Of a stretch of DNA of 64,000 nt, positions 28,301 to 38,708 are shown piece by piece. The stretch spans positions 823,270 to 887,269 of the forward strand of contig CAVSTP010000003.1 in NCBI GenBank assembly GCA_963730935.1, read 5' to 3'. The DNA comes from an uncultured Nitrospiraceae bacterium (GTDB taxonomy: Bacteria > Nitrospirota > Nitrospiria > Nitrospirales > Nitrospiraceae). Within the stretch, counting starts at the first letter, position 1; each line of letters opens with the position of its first letter. The position numbers and the translations under genes were made by a program. Under the pieces are notes generated by a model. It had not been told where the DNA came from. It was given only the letters and a program-made list of their open reading frames with translations, and did not search any database.

Positions 28301-28963
28301 CTAGTCGTGGAGGACGACGTTGAGGAGGGAACTGTGCACGCGCAGTGTGCCATTGTAATCAATGAAGCCTAGTTTGCGGAACCTATTCATGAAGAAACTG
28401 ACACGGGAACGCGTCGTCCCGATCATCTCGGCGAGCGTTTCCTGACTCAGCTTTGCAATCACCGGCTCCGGTTTGGGTTCTTTGCCGAAATGGGCCAACA
28501 ACAGCAGCACCCGCGCGAGCCGCTTCTCGCTGGAGTTAAAGAGATGATCCACCAAATCCTCTTCGATACGAATCGTATGCGCCAGTAGATAGGCCGTAAA
28601 CAGTTCTGCGAACGCCGGCTTCTCGTGCAGCAGCTGGATCATGACTTCTTTGTCAATGCGCACGAGCTTGGAGTCTTCCGCGGTGGTCGCGGTCGCCGTC
28701 CGAAGCGTCTGTCCGGCGAGGCAGGCTTCCCCGAAAAAGGCTCCCTGTTCCAGAATCGCGACGACGGCTTCCTTGCCCTGCTGCGAGACCACGGTTAGCT
28801 TGACTTTGCCCGCTTGGATATAGAACACGGCATCCGCCGGTTCCCCTTGGGAAAAGATCGTGTGTTTCTTCGGCGACGGCAGACTTGTTTTGCCGCTGCC
28901 GACTTCGCGGAGGAAGGTGTGAGGATTGAATGGCGGCGTTTGCGCGCGTGTCACGCGAGTCAT
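28301..28963 (-). CDS. Crp/Fnr family transcriptional regulator
   Basis: cNMP domain 'FFGE', HTH 'SQETLAEMIGTTRSRVS'. Confidence 0.93.
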   Translation of the reverse strand: MTRVTRAQTPPFNPHTFLREVGSGKTSLPSPKKHTIFSQGEPADAVFYIQAGKVKLTVVSQQGKEAVVAILEQGAFFGEACLAGQTLRTATATTAEDSKLVRIDKEVMIQLLHEKPAFAELFTAYLLAHTIRIEEDLVDHLFNSSEKRLARVLLLLAHFGKEPKPEPVIAKLSQETLAEMIGTTRSRVSFFMNRFRKLGFIDYNGTLRVHSSLLNVVLHD

Positions 28964-29128
28964 AGGTGACCTGCTTGGTCAGAACCTAGTGAACGACGCA
29001 GGCGAATTATCGCCCCGCTATAGTGATTAAAGCAAGGGGGTTGGAACTGGCGCGAGTGCAAAAGACACTGCCACAAAGTCGGAAGGTTCAAATAGTGCCT
29101 CCTCAACCCGCATAACTCTGGCCAGTCC

Positions 29129-29338
29129 CTAAGGCTGACTTTCGTCCTTCCAGTCCAGTAGCATCTGCGTCATCCGGCCCGTCATATCCAGCAGTAGGAG
29201 CTTGTCGTGGTCCGAAAGACCATTCTGAATGAGTAGCTGCTCAGAGACCTGAATGTATTCCCGCACAATTTGATGGGGCTCAGAAGCGGAGGTAGTCCTG
29301 AGCTTCTTTTCGGACGGGGGAAGTAAGGAGTCCGACAT
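29129..29338 (-). CDS. Small hypothetical protein
   Basis: RBS, two amphipathic helices. Confidence 0.55.
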   Translation of the reverse strand: MSDSLLPPSEKKLRTTSASEPHQIVREYIQVSEQLLIQNGLSDHDKLLLLDMTGRMTQMLLDWKDESQP

Positions 29339-29430
29339 GGGACCGCCTTTCTCACAAAGGTGTCGGCGGTCGGGCCTTCCAGGAGGCCGTCGGCAGGTGT
29401 GGTGTGTAGGGAAAACGATGGGCTCAGCCG

Positions 29431-29634
29431 TTACGCAACGTTGACAGGCTGTTGAGCGATATCAGTAACGCGTTCTCTCGCGTTTCGCCGTACATTCAAT
29501 ATTGCTTGAAGCTCTGCGATGTAATAGGTCAGGACACTGTACTCATCATCGGTCAGGACCGTTGTAGGCTCACGTGAAATGAGATGCTCGCAGGCAGAGG
29601 CAAACGTACGAATTTCTTTGCAGAGTGGTTGCAT
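29431..29634 (-). CDS. Small hypothetical protein
   Basis: RBS, two amphipathic helices. Confidence 0.55.
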   Translation of the reverse strand: MQPLCKEIRTFASACEHLISREPTTVLTDDEYSVLTYYIAELQAILNVRRNARERVTDIAQQPVNVA

Positions 29635-29979
29635 GTGGCACCACCTTTCCTCAAGTGACGGCGATTCGCAGAGTGAATAGAGAAAAAGATGAAAAAGTGT
29701 GGCGAGGATAGCACCCTACTCTTTCGCAGTATGGTCAATAGAGAACACCTCTCACGGACTCCCGCAATTGCACGTATTCAAGAAAGCGCGTTGATCGTCC
29801 TGCGGCAGGGTTACCGATGCTGTGTGGCTTAGGGGCAATAACCGATCTTGGCAGACATGCGGGAGACGCAATCGGGAGGCCATCAAGGGGGCAGAATAAA
29901 GAAAGGTGGAAGGGGGCGAGATTTGAAAACGCTCCACCCTCAGAGAGCATAGGTCACTTTCTCTTACCGGTCGGCAGGC

Positions 29980-30381
29980 TTACCGTTGAATGTCTGCCAC
30001 CGCTCTTTCTATCGCGTCGTACAATTCCACCACAGTATTCTTCTTATCCACGACCTCGAAAGCCCCCGCTTTTTTCATGGAATATGCCGTGTAATCCTTC
30101 AGGTCGCGCGTGAGTCCGACGACGGCAATGTGCGGATACTGTGTCTTAATTAGTCGGGTCGCGGCGATCCCGTCCATCTTCGGCATGACAATGTCAATCA
30201 CGATGACGGTCGGCTGAACCTTTGCCACACACGCAAGAACCTCATCACCATCACTCGCTTCACCAACCACTTCGATACTGGGATACACTTCCAAAGTACA
30301 GCGCAACCCTTGCCGTACCATGGCGTGGTCATCTACCAGTAACACACGAATCGATCTGGCTTTGGGATGAGAGTCCGACAT
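29980..30381 (-). CDS. Stand-alone response regulator receiver (NarL-type)
   Basis: 'VLLVDDH', 'IDIVMPKMDG'. No HTH. Confidence 0.88.
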   Translation of the reverse strand: MSDSHPKARSIRVLLVDDHAMVRQGLRCTLEVYPSIEVVGEASDGDEVLACVAKVQPTVIVIDIVMPKMDGIAATRLIKTQYPHIAVVGLTRDLKDYTAYSMKKAGAFEVVDKKNTVVELYDAIERAVADIQR

Positions 30382-30651
30382 TGACGACCGCCTTATCACA
30401 ATATGTCGGCGGTCGAGCGTCGGCAGTTGTGTGCTAGAGGGTGTGAAGCAAGCTTGGGCGCTAGTGAAGAAGGTGTCAACGGCTAAGGAGTAGGGCCATC
30501 CGTACCCAATGAAGGCTGCCGAACTCCGCAAGAAAAAGATTGTTCCAACGGTGACGAGCCGTATTCAACTCAGCCTTCCGTTTGAACAAGAGGCCTAGAC
30601 TCCTGCACCGCCCTCATTAAATTCGTAAACCGCAGATAGTTTCGCACACCC

Positions 30652-30823
30652 TGTGCACTGACCGACCGGTCATTGCACATCATTAATAGGAAATCTTTGG
30701 CGAATCGTGACCTAATCCGGCCTAGCCTTACGCCCGGAAACGTTGCTTGTTCACAAGTAGTGGAACTCATGCGTGGTTTGCTAAACCTACCATAAGCGAT
30801 CCGCGGCTTGGTTGGACTATTCG
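30652..30823. repeat. ~170-bp dispersed repeat with TGACCG-N2-CGGTCA palindrome, copy 1
   Basis: Near-identical to 42525-42692. Confidence 0.9.
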
Positions 30824-31007
30824 ATGGCAGAACCGACGCTCTATCGCTCTTTCCTTCGGATTGGCAGCAAAGCGGTGGCAAGACTAACGAACTATGGATT
30901 TCACCATACGACTATAAAGTGGAAGTGAACTAATAAACCGCAGGTCAGGACTGGCTGTCAGCCAACAGTCAGAGTAAGATTCTCCCTTCGATTCTTCGGA
31001 TGACGTC

Positions 31008-32039
31008 ATGACTTCATGCCCTGATATTTCCAGCCAGGGTAATACCTCATCCCCTAGCTCGCTCATCAGGTGCTCCTGCACCGCTCTGGGACTACTTATC
31101 GTCTTGAGCGTCCCCACTGTTGTAGATGCTACAGGCGTCGAGGAAGCGTCAGGCATTACGCGTCTAGATGACATGTTACTGATCGTGGGGGATAAGACGC
31201 CCGGTGCATACTTCACGTATCCCCTTGCCAAAACGCAAGAGCCGCTCATTACTCTAGACCCAGCTCTTCAAACACAAATCCAACTTCCGGAAGGCGCAGT
31301 AGCCGTCGATCTGGAGGGCATCGCAGTGCTCGTCGACGGTCGGGTGGTGGTTTTGTCAGAGCGACTCCGTGCCCTCGTCGGCGTAGAGGGGATCATCGCC
31401 GAGTATGGGACACCGCTTACAGAATTCGGCAACCGAGGGCTTGAAGGCGTCGCGGTCTCTCCCGACGATCACGGCGGGTCGCGGGTCGCCGTTCTCTGGG
31501 AAGGCGGCTATCCGGATTATGATCAAGTGCCCGAGGAACTCCGCCGCATCGTCGGCCGTACACCTCTGCGTCCTGTGATTTGGGTCCATACGATCGGCCG
31601 TGGAGAAGCGAAGCTGCATGTGTGGTCGTCTTCAGTCCACAGTATTGAGTTGCAGGTTCCCGTGCCGGATCAAACTGATCCTCCAAACGGGCAGCGCTTT
31701 CGCGCCCCCGACCTTGTCTGGCATCGCTGGAAGAGCCAGAGCCAGGACGAACTTGGATTCATTGTTCTTCTCAGTTCAGAAAATTCGCCCAGCAACCGGA
31801 AACGGGAATTTCGCCGGTACCAATGGCTCCAGCGTTTTACCCTGGACGGGAAAGCCTATGGTGAGCCGTTGGACCTGGCAACCCTCCTGCCGGAGGACCT
31901 TCGGGACAGGAACTGGGAAGGCTTGGGCTGGCAAGTCCCAAACGAAAAACTCATCATTGTCCATGATGCACCTCCGTACGGGGTGCCAAGCGCCTATGTA
32001 CTCGTAATACCAAATACGTGGCGTTATCGCGATCCCTAG
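31008..32039 (+). CDS. Secreted hypothetical protein, probable beta-propeller
   Basis: Repeated 'EASGI', 'DLEGI', 'GLEGV', 'NWEGL' blades. Confidence 0.7.
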   Translation: MTSCPDISSQGNTSSPSSLIRCSCTALGLLIVLSVPTVVDATGVEEASGITRLDDMLLIVGDKTPGAYFTYPLAKTQEPLITLDPALQTQIQLPEGAVAVDLEGIAVLVDGRVVVLSERLRALVGVEGIIAEYGTPLTEFGNRGLEGVAVSPDDHGGSRVAVLWEGGYPDYDQVPEELRRIVGRTPLRPVIWVHTIGRGEAKLHVWSSSVHSIELQVPVPDQTDPPNGQRFRAPDLVWHRWKSQSQDELGFIVLLSSENSPSNRKREFRRYQWLQRFTLDGKAYGEPLDLATLLPEDLRDRNWEGLGWQVPNEKLIIVHDAPPYGVPSAYVLVIPNTWRYRDP

Positions 32040-32391
32040 TGAGATGGAGTTGCTGTCGCCCTTGCCAACCCTCATATGTCCAGGTGGACGTACCGAACCG
32101 GATCAACGGTGAAAGGTGCATGACGGCTTCGGCGGGGAAAGTAGTTTATGTACACGAGAAAAATAGTGATCCAAGTGATGTAAATCGGTTTCTTCAAGAC
32201 CTACAGAATCGCTATCGTTTTTTATGACTGGCGACTCAAGGCGGTTGCTGGTACCCGTTGGAACATGAGTCTTGCGGTCATACAAGCGGCACGCTACCTG
32301 AGCGGTCTTCCAGCGCAACAACCCCGTGAGCCTTGCAACCTACGCATACCTCTGATACATCTGCTCGCCGTTACTGTCACACAAGAAGGAG

Positions 32392-32709
32392 GTGTTCATG
32401 TATCGCGATCTTGCCTTTTCCCTTCTTGTCGTCGGCGTCATGGGATGTACAAGCGTTCATTACAATGAAGTTGACTGTGGAACGCTGCCGAGCGATACAT
32501 TCTGGTCTGGAAATATCGCGCTTCAATGTCAGGAGTATCGAAGGCTGCAAGCGGAAACGGCCTATCGGTCCGAAGTGGCCCAATCACTGAGAAGCTATCG
32601 GGAGTGCCTCAGCAAGCATGAAGGGTCTTTGACCGGCGCCAAAGAACAGTGCTCCGTCTATATTCAAGGCCTCCGCGATTCTCCAGTAGGCTCGCCTTCG
32701 ATAAAATAG
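32392..32709 (+). CDS. Small Cys-containing lipoprotein
   Basis: GGAGG RBS, 'VMGC' lipobox-like. Confidence 0.65.
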   Translation: MFMYRDLAFSLLVVGVMGCTSVHYNEVDCGTLPSDTFWSGNIALQCQEYRRLQAETAYRSEVAQSLRSYRECLSKHEGSLTGAKEQCSVYIQGLRDSPVGSPSIK

Positions 32710-32733
32710 CTGGAAAGACAACGCTGTACCGGG

Positions 32734-33870
32734 ATGCAACTGCCTTTACCGCGGGACTTCCCATGGCATTACCAGCTTTGCTGGTGTCTGCCGCGCCGCA
32801 TATTCGCCCCCGGACAACTCCCGTCTTCACCAGGCGGTCCCGAACTCGTCCCGATAGCTGTCTGCTCGGCGGCCATCCTGTTGATGGGTCTGACGGCACT
32901 CGTCGCCGGCGGCTGTGCCACATCGGCCGAGTCTAGCCCTCGGCCTGAACTCCGGAACACGTCTCAAGCATCACCTGACATCCCAAGGGATGAACGGGTG
33001 GACCTCACAACAGCGTTGTCCCAAACCCTCGCCGCGCCCGTGCCTGCCTTCCACGCCGCATGCGGCATCCAAATATGCTTGCGCAGTCTCGCCAGCCCGC
33101 CCGTTGCTCGGGCAACCGGCGAATTTCAGATGAAGAACGATGTCCCTCTGCGACCGCCTCTACGACAAACATGGTTTCATCATCCACCTCTTGTCCCGCT
33201 CGGAGATGACGAGGAGTTCGGGCTGCCTCACAGCGAGTTCCTTGCGCACCGTGGCGCCGGCTCATTTGGGAATTTCCGGAACCCCTATGCGGGACTTCGC
33301 GATCAACCGATCCTTCATCGGGACACTTCACGCGCACCCGTCACGGATTCGACGCTCCAGGAGGTCGGCCCTCCGCCGCCCCGCCATACGCTCAAGACGT
33401 TCGGGACGTTGACGGCCCTGAGTCTGATCGGCATCGGCGTCTATGCGTGGGCTCCGACATCGCTGACGGGAGCCGACCATGCCGATCAATGGGAGGAGGC
33501 CTCAGCGCATTTCAAAGAGGCCTGGACCAAACCACCCGTCATTGATAAAGACCGGGCAGCCGTAAATTATCTCGGGCATCCCTATTTCGGAATGAATTTT
33601 TACCTCTCTCAGAGAAATTACGGGGAGAGCCCTTTGTACTCATTTCTGTTCGCCACGCTCACCTCGACCTGCTTCGAATATTTCATTGAGAGCTGGGCGG
33701 AACGGCCCAGCATTCAAGACCTGCTGATCACCCCGATTGTGGGATCGATCCTCGGCGAACTCGTGTTTCGGGCCACTCAAGAAATGAGGAAGGATGGATT
33801 AACGACGAGCGAGAAAGTCATTCTGACCATCATCAACCCACTGTATGTGTTGCAGAACGGGTACCGGTAG
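32734..33870 (+). CDS. DUF3943-like domain protein (start uncertain)
   Basis: C-terminal 'NYLGHPYFG', 'ERPSIQDLLITP..GSILGE'. Confidence 0.7.
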   Translation: MQLPLPRDFPWHYQLCWCLPRRIFAPGQLPSSPGGPELVPIAVCSAAILLMGLTALVAGGCATSAESSPRPELRNTSQASPDIPRDERVDLTTALSQTLAAPVPAFHAACGIQICLRSLASPPVARATGEFQMKNDVPLRPPLRQTWFHHPPLVPLGDDEEFGLPHSEFLAHRGAGSFGNFRNPYAGLRDQPILHRDTSRAPVTDSTLQEVGPPPPRHTLKTFGTLTALSLIGIGVYAWAPTSLTGADHADQWEEASAHFKEAWTKPPVIDKDRAAVNYLGHPYFGMNFYLSQRNYGESPLYSFLFATLTSTCFEYFIESWAERPSIQDLLITPIVGSILGELVFRATQEMRKDGLTTSEKVILTIINPLYVLQNGYR

Positions 33871-34087
33871 GCTAATGGGATCGAAAAGCCGTGAGACTAC
33901 GATGCGGCCTTCTTGATCGAGTCATACAGTTCGTGTGTCAGGGTGTTTTCGCGCAAAGGTTGGCACCATTTAAGACTAGTAGATCCCGATCGCAGTCTCT
34001 TGCACAGCTAGACCAAACCTAGATAAAACATCATGGCGGACTTGGCGACCGGCTCGAGATCACTAGATTGAAGGAGACCTGCGGGCC

Positions 34088-34873
34088 TTGGCTCTGCTGC
34101 GTGCGACTCTCATCCTGATTGTGGTGCTTGCACCTGGATGCTCCAGCTCCAGCTACTACGGCTGGCATGTTCGTACCAGTTCGAGCCCCCCTTCTCCGAC
34201 ATTTAATCGGGCGGTACTCACACAGGAGCCTGTTGCGATATTCGGAGCCTTGGCCCCGCCGAGGCTACTTGGCAGTGAGACGGGTTTAGATTCCATCCTG
34301 GCACAAGTTCTCAAAACAGTTGGACCGAGCTTCAAGGTCATCACCCAGCAGGAAGCGGCCGGCCTGGTTAATAGGAACGATCTCACAAACGAGTACACAC
34401 GAATGAGAAACGATGCGCTGCAGAGTCATGTTTTGGACGGCGGGTTGCTCAAGAAGTTAGGGACGGCAATTGGCACACGCTATGTCTTTCAACCCAAACT
34501 AATTGAGTTCATGCAGATCACGAAGGATCGGTGGGAGCTTCCTCCTGTTGCCTTGAAGGTTTCCCGTATTCGTTCGAGTTACATGCGACTATCACTGCAA
34601 TTATGGGACATGCAGACGGGCGAGTTGCTTTGGACCTCCCTGGCTGAGGCAAGTCTCGAGAGCGAAGCGGTTGGCCAGGACCCAGTCTACTTCGAGGATA
34701 CCGCACGAGTGACCTTTGGAAGTATCATCGCTGACTTCATAAATGGCAAGACCGCCTCGTCCTACGGCCCCCTAGACAAGATCGTCGACCAGTTGATCCA
34801 AGTCCCACAGCAGGAGAAACCTGGAAACGCCGGCAATCCAGAACCAGCCCCCCTCAATGAAAAGGTGAAATGA
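34088..34873 (+). CDS. Putative lipoprotein
   Basis: AAGGAG RBS, 'APGC', 'LQLWDMQTGELLW'. Confidence 0.7.
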   Translation: MALLRATLILIVVLAPGCSSSSYYGWHVRTSSSPPSPTFNRAVLTQEPVAIFGALAPPRLLGSETGLDSILAQVLKTVGPSFKVITQQEAAGLVNRNDLTNEYTRMRNDALQSHVLDGGLLKKLGTAIGTRYVFQPKLIEFMQITKDRWELPPVALKVSRIRSSYMRLSLQLWDMQTGELLWTSLAEASLESEAVGQDPVYFEDTARVTFGSIIADFINGKTASSYGPLDKIVDQLIQVPQQEKPGNAGNPEPAPLNEKVK

Positions 34874-35618
34874 AAGCCTCGCTCGAGGTGAGACCCAAAC
34901 CTCAGCAAGGAACCATCATCAAACCCGCCAAGACGCGCACGTAAGGCCGCAGGGAGTTTGGTGGCAGCCGCAGACAGCTTGAAGTCGCGAGTACCGAAGT
35001 GTGCCTTGTTAGCTGCACCGACTTCAGGAGTATCCTGCTTTGAGGTCTCTTGTGGGTTTAGGTTGTCAGAAGTTGGACCTTTTGAAATCTGTAAGCCGCA
35101 GGTCAGTTAGGAAATTTCACCAAAAGACTCGCCATCATCCAAATCACTTCCACCCCTGAAAGACAGAGGGCGAGCCTCTCATCGTCGAAATGGATGACCA
35201 AGGTGGCCTTAGTTCGACCATAAGCAGTGGGCCGATGATTTTGCATGCCGTTTCTGACAAATCTTCGAGACAACCCTCCCGGTTTGTCCCATCCGACGCA
35301 TCCGACACATAAGAGACGGCGGCAAGAGATCGAGAGAGGAGGGCATTCCCCTAGGCCATCTTGTGGAAGTGAAAACCGTCTGGAACTGTAATGCTATAGA
35401 GGGCGTAAGGGTTTCTCCCAGGAATCCTCGCTGAGTCAATCAGACGATTTGTCTTGTCCAGCACACTGTTTCCGCCGTTTCGGCCTCATCGCAGCACTCA
35501 GGGAAGCCACTAGCCCCTAGCCCCGCGAAGTTGCGAGCAATTTGATGTGGAGACGGACCCGTCGGTGGTCCTGGCCTTGCAAACATACGGATTGGAAGGT
35601 CTTTAACAAGGAGGAGTT

Positions 35619-36260
35619 ATGGCAAGCAGCTCTCCGGAAGTCTATGTCGAGGAGCACAACGTAATCATTGCTCCAGCCGGTATTGGTACGAGGGTCTGGC
35701 CGGTCTACTGGAGCGCCATCTGGATCGGGGCCCTCGCAGCGCTCGCCCTGGGACTCATCTTTGGGCTCATTGGTATGGCCATCGGAGCCCATCAGGTCGG
35801 CAAGAAGATCGTCAACCTGCACGATCTGAGTTTCTGGGGATTAGTGTTCAGCGTGGCCGGCGCCTTCTTTTCGTTCGTGGTCGGCGGCTGGGTCACCTCC
35901 TCCATTGCGGGGTTACGCCGGGCGGAAGATGCCACGTTGCACGGCGCCATGGCTTGGCTCGTCGCGCTGCCGATGTTTCTTGTTCTGGCCGCCTTCGGAG
36001 CGGCAAGCTTCTTCGGCACCTGGTACAGCGGCCTAGCAGGTACACCGGTCTGGGCCACCTCGTCGTCCATCACCGCTGATCCCAATGCGGCGATGGTAGC
36101 GCGCAATTCCGCGATCGGCGCTGTCACAGCATTGCTGATTGGTCTCGTCGGCAGCGTGATCGGCGGCTGGTGGGCCTCCGGCGAACCGATGTCATTGACC
36201 TACCGGCGGATGAAGGAGGAGCCGGAATTGCCCGAACCTCGGCGTGCCCGCGCTGCGTAA
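35619..36260 (+). CDS. Four-TM membrane protein
   Basis: AAGGAGG RBS, 'WSAIWIG', 'LHGAMAW'. Confidence 0.8.
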   Translation: MASSSPEVYVEEHNVIIAPAGIGTRVWPVYWSAIWIGALAALALGLIFGLIGMAIGAHQVGKKIVNLHDLSFWGLVFSVAGAFFSFVVGGWVTSSIAGLRRAEDATLHGAMAWLVALPMFLVLAAFGAASFFGTWYSGLAGTPVWATSSSITADPNAAMVARNSAIGAVTALLIGLVGSVIGGWWASGEPMSLTYRRMKEEPELPEPRRARAA

Positions 36261-36308
36261 CAGAAGTGAGCATCCTCCCGTGTTTATGAAACCTAGAGGA
36301 GGTATCGT

Positions 36309-36389
36309 ATGCCGTATGTGATCATGTGGTTGTTGGGAGTGCCTTTGACTGTAATTCTTCTGCTTTGGGTGGTTGGTATTGGCCGGTGA
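36309..36389 (+). CDS. 26-aa hydrophobic micropeptide MPYVIMWLLGVPLTVILLLWVVGIGR
   Basis: AGAGGAGG RBS, ATG..TGA, followed by a GC hairpin. Below the ORF-track cutoff. Confidence 0.7.
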   Translation: MPYVIMWLLGVPLTVILLLWVVGIGR

Positions 36390-36398
36390 CGTTCGAAC

Positions 36399-36422
36399 GA
36401 GGGCACCCGCCAGGGTGCCCTC
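36399..36422 (+). terminator. GC-rich hairpin after micropeptide
   Basis: gagggcaccc-gcca-gggtgccctc, weak U tract. Confidence 0.5.
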
Positions 36423-36913
36423 CGTTCCTTGTTCGAAGAGATTGGCCGCCTGACATCCCACACTGCGAGAGCCCATGAGTTTAGAAATACGAGGCTGCGA
36501 CGGCCGTCGTTTAAGACCTTCTCCGCTTCATTCCCATTCCTCTCCTCGGTTTCTTGCTACCGCTCTGCGCCCAGACAGGGCAAACCAACCCCACTGTGTC
36601 CACTATCGGAGCGTCTTGTCTTGTAGTTTCTTGTTCTCGACGGATGATTTCTGTTGATGGTCTGGCCGCCTCCTGGACGGTTACCTGTTGCCTCTAACAA
36701 GCAGACTGTTAGCGAAGTGGGGCGCGCAATTTTAGGAAATCCCGCAAGGCGAACGTAGGGAGGGGGTCGCACTCCTTGTCAATCGCTTTTGTCTGGCAGA
36801 CTTGTTAGTCCTTCTCCAGGTTTCAGGTGTTTTACCGTGATCTTCACCCAGTGACAACCTGGAGAAATAGGAGGAGTATGTTACAGCGCCCTTGACAACT
36901 TATACTGTGCGTC

Positions 36914-37107
36914 ATGCACCTGGCAAAGACGATCACGCGCTTGCGGCTCGCACGAGGGCTGACGCAAACGGCGCTCGCCAAGAAGATCGGCGTCAGTCAG
37001 GCGTTCATCGCGCAGTTGAAAACGGGTGCTGAGACAACCCGACGCTCGATACCCTGACGCACTTGGCGAAGGCGTTGCAGGTCAAGCTGAGCACGTTGGT
37101 GGACTAA
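36914..37107 (+). pseudogene. XRE-family HTH regulator, frameshifted
   Basis: MHLAKTITRLRLARGLTQTALAKKIGVSQAFIAQLKTG continues as DNPTLDTLTHLAKALQVKLSTLVD* in another frame (shift near 37030). Confidence 0.75.
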
Positions 37108-37130
37108 CAACCAGGAGGGCAAAGATCGCG

Positions 37131-37997
37131 ATGCGAGTCATCTCTCTCATATTGCTGCTGCTCAGTGGCTGTGGCGACGGTGGCATGACAACCCCCCCGC
37201 AGCCAGCATTACAACCAGCACCCCAACAACCCGCCCCTCAACCCGTGAGCCAACCGCCCGCTCCCGCCGTGACGCCCACGGCCAACGCGGGGCCAGATCA
37301 AATCGTCAAAGCCGGGGACCGGGTGACGCTCAAGGGGACCATCAGCCCCGCGGATGCCCCGGTCTGCTGGCAGATCGTGAGCATCCCTGAGCACAGTCAG
37401 ATGATCCTGCGAGAGGACGAGGGCGACCAACTGACGGCCAGGTTCACCGCCGATTTGCCCGGCGAATACATCATCAAACTCGGGTGTACCGAGCCCACCG
37501 ATCCGTTCGATACCGTCAAGATCACCGCCGAGGAAACCCTGCTCACCATGCAGTTCAGTGCCACCATGGGGAACACTGGCAAGGTCGAAGGCACCTTCAG
37601 CTATGTGCCGACCCAAGGGCCCAGCGCGACGAACCTGCGCAAGCTGCACCCGAACGTGGGCTATATCTTGCGCTCGTGGCAGTTCGTGGTCGAACCCGGC
37701 GACGTGACGCTCGTGCCGCCGACCGAGTACAGCAGCAGCAAGTCCACGGACACGGCAGAATTCTGCCAAGGGATCTGCGTCTTTGCCTCAGGCAATACGG
37801 TCACGCTGATCCTGACCAATGAAAGTGAGTATGTGTTGCGGCTCTACTTCAACACGATTGATCCAACCCTCGACACGAGCCCCCCAGCCTCACGTGCTGA
37901 ATGGGGGAGCGCTCTAGAGGCGACGTATCAACATGCTGAGCCGGTGGGCGTACCGCTGGTGATTTTGAAAAACGTGACGTTAGAAGCCGTAAATTGA
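37131..37997 (+). CDS. Lipoprotein with Pro/Gln linker and PKD/Ig-like domain
   Basis: 'LSGC' lipobox, PQP-rich linker, 'PTANAGPDQ', 'FTADLPGEY'. Confidence 0.75.
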   Translation: MRVISLILLLLSGCGDGGMTTPPQPALQPAPQQPAPQPVSQPPAPAVTPTANAGPDQIVKAGDRVTLKGTISPADAPVCWQIVSIPEHSQMILREDEGDQLTARFTADLPGEYIIKLGCTEPTDPFDTVKITAEETLLTMQFSATMGNTGKVEGTFSYVPTQGPSATNLRKLHPNVGYILRSWQFVVEPGDVTLVPPTEYSSSKSTDTAEFCQGICVFASGNTVTLILTNESEYVLRLYFNTIDPTLDTSPPASRAEWGSALEATYQHAEPVGVPLVILKNVTLEAVN

Positions 37998-38237
37998 GGA
38001 GGACTGTTGAGCTGCTTCCCCTGGGAAGAAATCCCGAAACATGGGAGCCACGTCTGCATTGTCTCCGATGCTCCGACTCGATCCTGAATTACGTCTCACC
38101 AAAGAAGGGCACCCTGAAATGATGCTAAGTCGTCTGCCTGTTCTCTCAATGGGGTGGTTCTACGAACTCGATCTGTACAGCGTGGTTGCTGTTTAGGCCT
38201 TCGCCATCTGCACCTGTAATTTCGATGGATTGCAGCT

Positions 38238-38708
38238 TTGGATGAAAGAACGGAGCAGATGATACTCTTTATCTTGAAACTTGGTCTCCTATGTTTTTGG
38301 GGCCTGTGGTTTTTTATCGCGTTTTCCACGAATGCATGCGAAGGCTTCAAGGCGCTAAAACTCTTTTCCAAAACATGGCCTTTCGCTTCCGGTAACCTTC
38401 ATGAGGTCATCCAAAGCACGAAAACTTACTCACTTCCCCGTTGGCTTCCTGGGCTATTGTTCTCTGGTGTGCTATTTTGGGAGCTCGTGATCGTGTTCTG
38501 CTTCGGATGGGCCATCATTTCGTCCGCAATCAACGGAGCTATTAACATGGTTCTTATGAATACTGCATTTGTGGCAGGGTTAGGGTTGTGGGGCGGCTTT
38601 ATCATCGCGGATGAGATCTTCAAGCAGTATGACACTGAGCACTCTCACATACTGTTTTTTATAGCTCAACTCGTCACGCTAGCAACCTTCTATGTCTTGC
38701 CTTCATGA
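38238..38708 (+). CDS. Hypothetical membrane protein
   Basis: Four hydrophobic segments. Confidence 0.65.
   Translation: MDERTEQMILFILKLGLLCFWGLWFFIAFSTNACEGFKALKLFSKTWPFASGNLHEVIQSTKTYSLPRWLPGLLFSGVLFWELVIVFCFGWAIISSAINGAINMVLMNTAFVAGLGLWGGFIIADEIFKQYDTEHSHILFFIAQLVTLATFYVLPS

Noticed and set aside
29905..29927. ggtggaagggggcgagatttgaa as a tRNA 3'-end fragment (minus strand)
   Set aside because: Too short, and the T stem does not pair convincingly. It could be chance.
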